A DNA stretch of 64,000 nt from Mytilus edulis (taxonomy: Eukaryota), in the NCBI RefSeq assembly GCF_963676685.1, contig NC_092344.1, positions 1,116,001-1,180,000 on the forward strand. The letters are read 5' to 3'. Under the pieces are notes generated by a model. That model did not search any database. It saw nothing but the letters and a program-made list of their open reading frames with translations, and was not told the origin of the DNA. This document shows positions 26,230-37,670 of the stretch, in pieces; positions within the stretch are counted from its first letter, which is position 1, and the number at the start of each line of letters is the position of its first letter. Both the position numbers and the translations under genes were made by a program.

Positions 26230-29200
26230 AAGCCATCATGCTTGATATCGTTCTTCCTCTTCTTTAGGTTTTCAGTTGGACTTAAATTACCAATTCTTCT
26301 CAACAAACCTTATCTTTCAAATATAATGTCTGTCACACAAAAAATACCTTAAATTCAAAAGCATAAAAGTAACCAATCCATGACTATAAGTTAATAATTT
26401 GACAAACTAGGATTAGTAGAGAGTTGTAGAGAGTAGTAGATAGTAATTAGTGAGTCATTAGTTATTCCCCTAGACAGTACTTACTAAGTGCCATGTAAGT
26501 ACCATTCAGTACAGCAGTCACAATGCATCTTATACACCTATTATCTACAAGACAATAAATGTCACAGAAATCTACTTGTATCCTGATAGACATCAGAGAA
26601 GAATGTAAATTTAATATAATGACTGTCTCCTGCAATCCTTATGTAATATCATCATGATGAACAGAAATTAACAGGGAAGATATATCAACATAAAACAAAT
26701 CTGTCCTATCATCCAAAATATAACAAAATATTATAACTAATAAATTTACACTGGTCTTTTTCTTGTAATTCAATGGGTATCAACTAAATTAGAGAACTTT
26801 TCTTTCAAGTGATGCTCTATGCACAGTTTAACATGGGTAGGCATTATATTTATAAACATCATTATATCCAGCCTGAAATCTGAGGCTGAATGAGATGCGC
26901 CAAATAGAGTGGTTTTACCACTTTTTTTAATATTGGCTGTTTAACCACCCCTATATTTCATTTTTCTTTTTCTTTTTTTTTTGGGGGGGGGGGGGGGGGA
27001 TCCTAGTTGTGTCAGAATATCTTTGAAGTCATAAAATATATCAATACAACCCATATATGGAAGGCACAGATTTTACAAGACTAAAAAAATATATTTCTAA
27101 TAATTTGTTATAATTGAACCGTACATTTTTGGCATGGTCTACAAGACCAGATTCTTTAGTGCTTTTAATAATCAAAGTTATTAAAAGGTCCCAAATTGCT
27201 GCTGTTTTGATTATAGAAATCATTAAATGTTTGAGTTGTTTCCAGGTGCCATCATACAATGTTCAATGAAAATTTGTTTTTTCTAATTTTTCAGTCTGAA
27301 CAGAACCAGATGTATCTAGCTCACTAGAAAATGGAAATTTACATTACAGAGAGTAAAATTACAGATGAACTATAGCAAAGCAATAATTTAAATTATAGAT
27401 AGGAAAGAATCATGTATAGCACCCATGGCAAGATAATCTATAACCAATGTCAGAATTATAATTTACTATTCTGTCAGAAACTGCCATGTTTATACTTTAA
27501 CACATTATCTACAAATGTTGGAGTGATTTACCTCCCTTTAAAAATACCATGACTACTGCTTGTTCATAACTTGTTATCAATCTAATTTCAAAACTGTCAA
27601 TTAAGCATTTCAAGAGTTAATTGAAATAAAGACTTTTTTCAAAAGCAAGTAAAAACTGAAAATAACTAAGTCAAAGAACTAATTTATTGTGGAACATATA
27701 TAATTACAGTGGTTAAAAGAGAGAAAAAGTAAATTTGACAATTAATTATCATAACTGATCTTTTGATATAATTTTTTTTAAGAGTATCCCTGACAAATAT
27801 TTGTGTTCAGATAATGAAAATAATTGAAAAACAAAATAATCTTTCTGACAAAAATAAACTGTTGACAGTTTTTATCAGTTAATAAATATCTGACAGAATA
27901 GAGATTAATTTAAAATAATAATTTGTTAAAAAGTGAAATCACAATTCCCTTAGCCTGATTTACAAAAATCACTAAAAGACTCAATACAATAAAATCATTC
28001 TCCTTTCAAATATTTCTATATTTCAAAATATCTATTTCTTGACCAACTAGATAATTGAACACTATTTTTACAGTACAAGCTTAATTACTGATGGATCATT
28101 AACCTGAGAAAGTATTTAACAATCTTTCACCACTCTATCAGATAAATGACCATCAAACAGATACTGAATCATCTTTACAACTCTGTATATTTATATGTAT
28201 ATTTATATTGCAGGTAAAATATTCTAGGATTCTAGTTTTGATAGAAATACAAGTGTTAGAGATAAGATAGTATTGGTCCAGTCATACAGTCTACAGCAAT
28301 GATCTGCTCTGAAGTGCCACTGTCAGGGGCTCTTGATGGAAACATTGAAATGGCTAATTTTCTATTGAACTCGACACAGCAATAACAAAATCATTAAAAT
28401 TTGTATCAAAACTGAAAAATTACCATATTACACATTTTCAAATCAAATTTCACTAGAAATTTATACAAAGTATGATAACAAGCAAAAGTACCACACAAAA
28501 AAATCAACTTTCACAGTTGATAATATGCAGCTAGAGAGCATTGCATTTTTCAAAGTTCATTTTACTTATAATGTCAGGCTATCTATAGATAGAATACTGT
28601 TTTGTAAAATTGATTCTTTCTTTTTGTTTTTATATTTTGATATTTCAAAACTGATTCAAAAGTAATATTTCAGAGATCATTTATAAGAATTTCTGAGTTT
28701 TTCTAATACTAGAACATAAAAAACCAAAAGAATTTACCCTTGACAATTTGCTAAATTTCAGATGTGCAGTCACAATCCAATGATTATATCTAAATCCGTA
28801 CTCTTGTCTTCATACTTTTTTAACATCTCCCTCCTCACACCCCTCAGTTAAAATCAATGAAAATAGATGCACTGACATTGTAACAAAAAGCTTTCTGTAG
28901 AGTGGTCAGGTGCTAAAGTTATTTGCCTGAAAGGCTACAAAAAAATTAGCTCTTAACTTTTAAGATATCAATTTTCCTTTGAAGAAGACCATTGTACACT
29001 TATATCAGTTCAACTTTCCTTTGAAGAAGACCATTGTACTTATATCAGTTCAATTTCAATTTTTCTATTAACCTTTGATCAAACTGTCTATATCATTTCT
29101 TAAAAACTATAAATGAATGGCTTAATATCTGACACAAGAATAACTAGAATTATGAGATCACTGATACCCCCACTTGTGGAAACTGCTAATGCCGAAACAA

Positions 29201-29327
29201 AAATTAAATATGACCTGTGTTTTATATTTCATAGCATTGGGTTACTACCATCTAGATTTCTTCCTTAAATGGTTCTTTCACAAAAATCAAAGTTTAAGTT
29301 ACAAAGCAGGAAATCTTTTGAAACTAA

Positions 29328-29613
29328 TGCTGAGTTCACACGTAATTCGAATTCGATTCGTAACGTTTTACGTCCTAACGTCTATTCTAATTCGAATTGC
29401 AATGGGCATCAAATTCGTTTTACTGTCCAAACAACGTTAACTTTCAATTCGAATTAACAACAAAACGTAGTTTTAATGCAGATTGGGTAATTTGAAATTA
29501 GCTAATTCGAATAAATTTGAATCAAAGAAGATGAGTGTGTGAACACGATTAGCGAATTAGATTCGCATCCGATTCAAATTCAATTCGAATTAAATGTATG
29601 TGTGAACAAGGCA
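29328..29613. mobile_element. PIF/Harbinger-type MITE
   Basis: TAA|TGCTGAGTTCACAC ... GTGTGAACAAGGCA|TAA; many internal TTCGAA motifs. Confidence 0.75.
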
Positions 29614-29706
29614 TAAATGTAAAAAAACATCATTTTGTTGTATTATCTGAAGGCTTGTTTTTTGCTAGCATCAATGCTCTTTCCAAAACCCTAATGTAAA
29701 GTATGC

Positions 29707-29983
29707 AACTACCAGCAAAGGCATCATGTGTTCCCAAGGTCAAGACTACCAGCAAAGGCGTCATGTGTTCCCAAGGTCAAGACTAACAGCAAAGACGTCA
29801 TGTGTTCCCAAGGTCAAGACTACCAGCAAAGGCGTCATGTGTTCCCAAGGTCAAGACTACCAGCAAAGGCGTCGTGTGTTCCCAAGGTTTAGACTACCAG
29901 CAAAGGCGTCATGTGTTTCCAAGGTCAAGACTACCAGCAAAGGTGTCATGTGTTCCCAAGGTCAAGACTACCAGTAAAGGCGT
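29707..29983. repeat. 37-bp minisatellite, left part (interrupted by the BEL element)
   Basis: Unit GACTACCAGCAAAGGCGTCATGTGTTCCCAAGGTCAA, ~7.5 copies. Confidence 0.95.
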
Positions 29984-30155
29984 TGTTCAGGACTGTGTTT
30001 ATTAGACGTTCGCGGTACCGCTATGTATGTATTGTAACGTCACGCTACTTATGACGTTGAGATTTATGTGCAAGATGAGCTTAGAATCATTACAAGTAGA
30101 AACAGCTAGTATTTCTTATTGTGCCTAACAAGTCTTATAATACCACTCTAAGATA
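29984..30155 (+). repeat. 5' LTR (172 bp)
   Basis: TGTTCAGG...CTCTAAGATA followed by T and the PBS-like TGGTGCCGAAGGACCAAGAT, which overlaps the gag ATG (30175). Confidence 0.9.
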
Positions 30156-30174
30156 TTGGTGCCGAAGGACCAAG

Positions 30175-30252
30175 ATGAGTTCCAAACTACGTTCGATATG
30201 TGCAGGACACAGAAGTGTTATTTCCCGACTTTTGAAGAAATTTGAGGACATC
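30175..30252 (+). pseudogene. BEL gag N-terminal stub (MSSKLRSICAGHRSVISRLLKKFEDI), cut by the inversion
   Basis: ATG immediately follows the PBS. The RxGHR-type N-terminus is typical of BEL/Pao gag. Confidence 0.7.
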
Positions 30253-30267
30253 CTGGTCACGGCACCA
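30250..30267 (-). other. Exact 18-nt complement of the tRNA-His 3' end (TGGTGCCGTGACCAGGAT) attached to the 3' LTR
   Basis: Plus strand reads ATCCTGGTCACGGCACCA, CCA end included. It differs from the 5' PBS at 30157-30176. Confidence 0.8.
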
Positions 30268-30268
30268 A

Positions 30269-30440
30269 TATCTTAGAGTGGTATTATAAGACTTGTTAGG
30301 CACAATAAGAAATACTAGCTGTTTCTACTTGTAATGATTCTAAGCTCATCTTGCACATAAATCTCAACGTCATAAGTAGCGTGACGTTACAATACATACA
30401 TAGCGGTACCGCGAACGTCTAATAAACACAGTCCTGAACA
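30269..30440 (-). repeat. 3' LTR (172 bp), inverted; identical to the 5' LTR
   Basis: Base-by-base reverse complement of 29984-30155. On the minus strand it is preceded by the PPT-position sequence GCGGGCCCCCAGGA and the integrase 3' region. Confidence 0.92.
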
Positions 30441-30563
30441 TCCTGGGGGCCCGCGAATGATAATTTAAGCAATAAATAAAGAAAATTTCTTAAAATGAAA
30501 TAACTATTGTCTCTCAAATGAAATAAAACTGTAACTATTTAACTATTTACACTTAAACAGTCT

Positions 30564-31975
30564 TTATGTTTTACGGAACGGTTGAATCCAACTTTTGATT
30601 TTCTCCTTGGCATCAGTTTTTGCTTTTCTAGTAATAGTATTGTCACTAGAATCACACGGACTATCTGTTGATAAGAGTTCAAGTGGATATAGCTTACTTA
30701 TCGGTCTAGATGTCGTACCATTTTTAGTGCGTAAAATGGCAGACCTACAAAGTCCATCTCTCCCATAAACTAACTTAACGATAATCGCTATATTCCACAC
30801 TGTCCTTGGGGTATCATCATGAATCTGTACAATGTCGCCCACTTTAATGATTTGGGTGTTATTTCCGGTGTTTCTATGTTGTTCCCTGAGTGAAGTGAGA
30901 TATTCTCGTCTCCATCTGTTCCAGAAGTCGTGAATAATGCGTTTTTGAACACTAGATTGTCTATTTGCTGTGTAATGTGTTAAGTTTTGTACGTTCTCCT
31001 CACTGTTGAAATTAATTGTTCCTGAATACGGTAAAGTTTTAATCCGTCTCCCATAGAGAAGATGAGACGGTGTAAGCGGTTCATCATCGGTAAGGTCCGT
31101 TGATACGTGGGTTAACGGACGATCATTTAATATAGCCTCTATCTCGGTCACAATTGTCTCTAGCACTCTAAAAGTAACTATTGCTCGTCCTAACACTTTC
31201 TTTATGCAATTCTTGGTCAAGCCGATCAATCGCTCCCACCAACCACCATACCATGGTGCACGCTTCAGAATAAATTTCCACTGAGTTCCATATATGTTGA
31301 GTTGTTCCTGAATAGTAGTAGATTTTGTAAGCATTTCAATTTCCTTCGCTGCTGCGGTATATGTTGTACAATTGTCAGACATCATGATTTTTGGTAACGA
31401 TTTGCGGCTGGTGAATCTCCTAAACGCTAGAATGAATGTTTGTTCTGTAAGGTCTTCAACGATTTCCAAATGCACAGCTCTAGTGTTAGCGCAGGTGAAT
31501 AGACAAATATATGCTTTACTAATACTGTTGCTTTTTGTTCTCACATTCAATGCTCCTGTGAAGTCGACACCGGTTACGGTAAACGGTGGTGAATCATTAA
31601 GTCTGTCGGACGGCAGTGGTGGTGGTTCGGGTGTTAGATAGGGTCTTCCTGTAATTTTACGGCAAGTAACGCAATTACGGAGTATTGATTTCACACATTG
31701 TCGAATCGACGGAATCCAGTAAGACTGGCGAATAAATGTCACTGTACTTTCTAATCCACAGTGAAAATTCCTTGCGTGTGCATCCATAACAATTAATTTA
31801 CAAAGTCTGTCTTTGTTCGGTATTAGGACTGGAAATTTAGCTGATTTATCAATAGGTGCATTGTTAATTCTCCCGCCACAACGGATAATGTTCATGCTGT
31901 CTATGTACAATCTAAGTTGCTTCACTAGCGCATTTTTCTCTGATTTGTTGTTAAAACTCTCAATAACATCCGGGT
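30564..31975 (-). CDS. BEL/Pao integrase (C-terminal part of pol; 5'-truncated at the rearrangement junction)
   Basis: HHCC zinc finger (DAHARNFHCG...CVTC), DDE core (GVDFTG, MSDNCT, WWERLIG) and the BEL C-terminal domain (FWNRWRREYL...SRPISKLYPLE). The frame is uninterrupted. Confidence 0.92.
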
Positions 31976-33926
31976 TCAATACAAATGCAAAAGATTTCGT
32001 TAGTTATAGCGGCCCTTCTCATTCCGCCCCTGCTCAGCCCACTCATAATCAACAAAGTTATGCTCAGTCCGCTCATGATCAACAAAGTTATGCTCAACCC
32101 GGGAGATACACTAAACAGAATACATGTAATTCAAACTTCCGTGAACCGGAAACTCAGTTTTCACGTAGTAACACTAGAATAAATGAGTACAACAAGTTGC
32201 CCAAATTGAATCTTCCTACCTTTGATGGTAATATTATGCAGTGGCAGTCATTTTGGGATTCATACGAGATATCCGTTCACGAAAACACTACTCTTGGAAA
32301 TGTTCAGAAATTTAATTATTTGAAGTCACTACTCCATGATGAGGCATTGAAAACCGTCACAGGGTTTGCGCTTACACATGCAAATTATGAGAAAGCTATT
32401 TCTTTACTGCAAGAAAGATATGGACAATCGCATGTAATAAGACAGAAGTATATGCAAGCACTAGTGGATATACCAGCCCCTAAATACACGATATCTAGCA
32501 TGAAAAACTTCTACGATGAAATTGAGATACACATTAGAGGTTTGGAGTCATTAGGTCAAAGTGAAGACACATACGGAGCGTTTTTAGTGCCCATTATTAT
32601 GAACAAACTACCCGGTGAAATCCGCAGAAATCTTGCCAGACAATATAGATCTACAGATTTATAACTGAATGAATTACGCCGTGGAATTTTCGATGAACTT
32701 TATATTATGGATGCAGGAAAAACTTCAGAACAGTTAGAACCCCCTACAGCTACCGCCGCCTTTCTGACAAATTCTAGTAATCGAAATAGAGGTAACAAGA
32801 ATACAAACGCAAGTAACACTAAACCCAAGCCACACTGTGCGTACTGTAAGGAGCCACACTCGTCTGTTAATTGCACTAAAGTATCTGATTACAATGGCCG
32901 AATGTCAATCGTGAAAAAAGACCGCTTATGCTTTAACTGTCTAGGACACCATAGCTTATCCGCATGTAAATCTACAAAAACTTGCAACAAGTGTCACAAA
33001 CGTCATCACACCAGCATTTGCAAAGACAATGTTAAAACAAATGAAGACAACAAACCAACAGGGGATGTAAGCGTAGGCACAATTCAACACAACGCGGAGG
33101 AACCAGACATTGTTTTACACTCACAATCGCCAGATCGTGTACTTTTGAAGACAGCAATTAACCCAGTAAGTGCAGAACATGAAATACTTGATGCAAAAAT
33201 ATTGTTTGATGAAGGCGCACAGCGGTCATTTATCACAGAGGAATTAGCCGAGAAATTGAAACTCAAGCCTACTGGAACTGAAAGCGTTAACCTATCCGGA
33301 TTTGGAGACAATGCAAATAGTACTAAAATTCGCCATTTGAGAACAGGATTGGTATATCTCATAACTACAGATGGTAAACTGCCGATTCGAGTCTTGATCG
33401 TTCCAGAGATCGCAGCACCGATGAGAACCTATGTACGCCAAGCAGCAAAACTTACATATTTGTTAGGAATCAAATTAGCTCACCCAGTAACAGCAGATGA
33501 AAACTTTGAAATTTCTATTCTAATTGGAGCTGATTACTTCTGGTCAATTGTTCAGAATGATATTATCCGAGGCGAAGGACCGACAGCTGTTCAATCAAAA
33601 ATCGGATACTTGTTGTCTGGAACGCTACATTCACACAACTCTGACACAGATGGATACAAGAGAGCTTCAATGATGAACGTGATGATCGCAACAAAAACCG
33701 ATGAGTACGACTTGGAGAAATTTTGGAAAATAGAGTCACTGGCCACCGAGAAAATTGACACCACAAAGTTAGAAGAACAGATAGATATTCAAAAGACTTA
33801 TGAAGAGAAACAAATTCGTTACCATGACAACAGATATTTTGTAACGTTACCATGGAAAGAGGATCACCCTACGTTACCGACAAATAAAGCCATTGCACAA
33901 CGAAGAACAGAAAATGTAGTAAGAAG
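31976..33926 (+). pseudogene. BEL/Pao gag-protease-start of pol with one in-frame stop (TAA 32662-32664)
   Basis: KLPKLNLPTFDGNIMQWQSFWD gag domain; zinc knuckles CAYCKEPHSSVNC, CFNCLGHHSLSAC and CNKCHKRHHTSIC; protease LFDEGAQRSFIT; then LEKFWKIES..YFVTLPWK. ORFs 31813-32664 and 32707-33930 are in the same frame. Confidence 0.9.
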
Positions 33927-34147
33927 GTAAAGACTACCAGCAAAGGTGCCATGTGTTCCAAAGGTAAAGACTACCAGCAAAGGCGTCATGTGTTCCCAAG
34001 GTAAACCCTACCAGCAAAGGCATCATGTGTTCCCAAGGTGAAAACCAGTAGAGGCATCATGAGTTCCCAAGGTAAAGACTACCAGTAGAAGCCTCATGTG
34101 TTCCCAAGGTGAAGACTACCAGCAGAAGCGTCATGTGTTCCCAAGGC
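33924..34147. repeat. 37-bp minisatellite, right part
   Basis: Same unit as 29707-29983, with GGTAAAG/GGTGAAG variants; ~6 copies that decay to the right. Confidence 0.9.
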
Positions 34148-37100
34148 TAAGTAATTTATCACCTAAAGAAAAGACAGACTTCTATGGTATCTTTTATGTC
34201 TTATTAAGTAGATGTTTGTCATCAAAATGATTCTTGTCCGTCATTAGCCACATAAACTATCAGACTGCCTTCAAGTCTTACAAAATATGTATTCCTGTCT
34301 ACATAAGCTATTAGTCTGTCAACCCAGACTCCCAGTAAGAAGTTATATGTCATCAAACAATTAATGGCTAGTCTCAGTTTAGAGTTTTTCAATTAAATCA
34401 GCTGAAATCAATAAATAAATAAATACCAGCTTACCCTCATTATTTTAAGATGGTTTTGAAGCCACCCTATACAGCTAAGACAATTGTAATTTAAAGTTGA
34501 TTTCTTTTTGTTAATACATGTTGTTTTACTGAACATTACATGTATATGCAAATAAAATGAAGTAGGGTGGTAATCTGAATATACTTATGATAGAAAACAA
34601 GCAAGCCATTGTGTTTCTACCAGAGATTATTAACAGGAACATTGGCACATCTAAGTGGGGTCATCTCATTAATCCAGGAGGAGTGTAGTATCAAAGTAAA
34701 CATACACCCAGTACAAACCATAATCTAGAGATTAGGCAGATTAAGAGCCAGATATAGGGGATGTCTTATCAACATAAAACGTAAGCTAAAATCAATGCAC
34801 AATTCTTTATCTCCCTTAACAAATAAAATCTGCATACGATGACAGATTGAAACACACTAATGCAACTGCTTCAAAGACTTGTTTTACAATGCATCAAAAT
34901 ATAACCATTGAGTGCTAATCTAACAAAATGCTATAAAACTCAAATTTCTTAATAGACTTGTACAAATAGTTAACATATAAAGTTATATAATTTATTTGAG
35001 TTGATGCTTTGAAGCCCAAACCTCCTTTAAAAAAATAATTCATATATTCAATGTGTTATTTCTGCATTTGATAAGTTTTAGTCTTTCGTCTTTTTATTAT
35101 ACCAGTAATAGCATTTTCATCCCACATCTAAAAAACACTTAATGGAAAATAATCTCTTAGTAGATATAGGAAGATGTGACCAATATGGCAAAATGGACAG
35201 ATATTTAGTTAAGCACTGTTAAATCCTTATTTAGTCTGTATGTAAAAAAGAATAAAATTTAAATCATTTTATCTACTTAAAGATCTTTATTTTTGCTGCT
35301 TGGAGACAGGAAAGTTGTTTACCTTATTAAAATCCCTAAGTTGTAACATTGTTGACCATGTATTTTCACAGCAATTACCAGTACAGTAGACAATATTCTG
35401 TATCTGACAGTTGAATTATTGTTCTGTACAACAAAATAAAGATCTTCTGAATTGAAATGTTAAGATTATTGTGAAGTAATCCTGTATCATATACAGATGT
35501 TTTCTGTCAGGATTTAACTAAAAACCAACAACAAATTAATCACAAATTCACAAATTTAAAACAGCTCATTTTGTTGTCAGCATGCAGTTAATTAAAAGAA
35601 TTACTTTCAATAAATAATTTCACTTTATTAATCTATGTTTTGAAAGCTTAAAATTGTATAAAAAAAAATTCAGAACTGATTAGAAGAATATATCTAATGG
35701 AAAAAAGGGTTACAATGGTACAAAAACATCCCTACATACATTTGACATAACACACAGTAAAAGAACTTCACTTTAAATGAGAAATTTTGTATTTTGATGG
35801 TCACTTTATACTGAGCACAGTACATCCAAAATAAAAGTATGGCATGCTGAATTGTTGATTTTTTTGTCATGTGTTCCAGTGCAGCAATTGTTAGTTAAAC
35901 CAGGGTTTCATATTCAGAGTTCCACGTACCCAACTAAGTCAGTCACCAAGTGCATCATTGTCCAGGTACCCAACTAAGTCAGTCACCAAGTGCGTCATTG
36001 TCATTCAGAGAATTTGTCCATTGTGTGATCAGGGGCATCAGACAGTTCAGTTACTTATAGCAACTCCGTCAGGCTATTGTTACTCAATCTTAGAGGTCAT
36101 CATTATTCCCCAAGCAACTTTGCTAAGTTTTTCATCTTAAAATTAAATAATACATGATTCTTGTCTAGAGAGACAATCTAAGATTGGTCATAATTTGTTG
36201 GTCATCAGACAATCCTTTTACAGTACATGTAATAAATCATTGCACTTTAATATTAGTCATATCTATATACATATATACTGCAGTAAGGTTGATTAATATC
36301 TATTGTTCCCAATAGTCCACTCAATTCTTATAACTACTTTTTATTACAAACATGGGAATTGTAAAAATTGACTGCACTGGTCAGTTTCTAAATGACATTT
36401 GCATTAAGAAGACTCCTTTGGTCTCTTATGGAGAGTTGTCTCATTGGCAATCATACCACATCTTCTTTTTTAAATTCCTAATAGCATAACTGAATTTTTC
36501 AAAATATAATTTTTCACTAAGAATACCACCATTAGGAAATTGCAAGTTTAAAAAAACATTTTTCAAAACATGTACTTTTTTACCTAGACGAAATCTGAAA
36601 TTTGACTAAATTTGATGCATTATTAATGCATCATATCATGCATATTAATGATTATGCTTTAAACTTTTCAATTCAGCTGCTTTGAGTTTATTATTAAGGT
36701 CTTTCCCCTAGGTTAGGAAAGACCTTATCGTTTTTATAATTTTAAATACATTACTACTAAGCATGAACTTCCTTCATATTCAATTAACACTTCATGCCAA
36801 AATGCAATTTGCTAAAACATTAAAAAATAGATATTCACATTTTTTTTTTGTCTTAAAAACAATTTTTAACATGTAATGATGGGAGGTTAGATGGCTTTTA
36901 ATTATTTCTATATCAAAGACTGTGTTCACACTTAAAACCTGGTGGGACGTACTGTTTATGATATTAAATACATAATTTATCAATTATTTTCTGGTAAATT
37001 TCCCATTATAATAGCAGGAAATTTGACTCCTAATAAAACACTACAAAGGAAGAACTTGGTCTCCAAACAATTTAACCTTAAATTAGTTATACATATTGGT

Positions 37101-37505
37101 TTCAAATATTAATTTGTTTTCACTTTTTCAATATATTTTTCTACACATGTCAAACACACTTATCATCAAGAGGAGCTCCAATATCAGCTTTAAAATAACA
37201 TTTTACAAAAATTATAGTCTAAAAGTCTTATTTTCCCATTTATAGCAGTTTAATTGTCCTTTTACAGGAAACTAGAGCTATAAAAGAAACTCAACAATTG
37301 TGGACAAGTTTATTATTTTGAGCTGACATACTCCATAAAAGATATTTTTGAAATAGTATCAAATTTCAAAAGAACATTAAACTAGATGTGTCAAGACAAT
37401 ACAGAATGGTAGAAGGAATCAACAATTCTGTAAAATTAGGTCATCAGTAGGAACACTAACTCCTGTAAAGGGCATAACTTATCAAAAGTCCATAAAAAGA
37501 GGGTC

Positions 37506-37670
37506 CAGTGGCAGATCCACAACTTTTTGTAAGGGGGGCCCACTGACTGACCTAAGGGGTGCCGAGGACCCACTCCAGTCATGCTTCAGTGATTTCATAT
37601 ATAATCTATCAAATTTTTCCCACAAAAGGGGGCCCCCATCCATCACCCCCACCCTCTGGATCTGCCTATG
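37506..37670. mobile_element. hAT-type MITE with 5-bp TSD
   Basis: CAGTGGCAGATCC...GGATCTGCCTATG flanked by GGGTC/GGGTC. Confidence 0.8.

Larger units (their letters stand above)
29984..33926. mobile_element. Rearranged BEL/Pao LTR retrotransposon: 5'LTR-PBS-gag start | inverted [tRNA copy-3'LTR-PPT-integrase] | gag-protease-start of pol; RT/RNase H missing, no TSD
   Basis: Two identical 172-bp LTRs in inverted orientation, with BEL-type gag, zinc knuckles, protease and integrase motifs (see sub-features). Confidence 0.93.

Noticed and set aside
28284-28386. Ankyrin-like peptide VPLSGALDGNIEMANFLL
   Set aside because: The frame is short and bounded by stops, with no convincing splice sites; likely chance.
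31372-33853. Antisense or alternative-frame ORFs (31372-31641, 31985-32182, 33084-33362, 33563-33853) and the first ~54 aa of ORF 31813
   Set aside because: They are shadows of the BEL coding frames. The start of ORF 31813 is antisense integrase upstream of the junction.
29707-34147. 37-bp repeats flanking large ORFs as a CRISPR-like array
   Set aside because: The repeats are head-to-tail with no unique spacers, the enclosed ORFs are BEL retrotransposon genes, and the context is eukaryotic.
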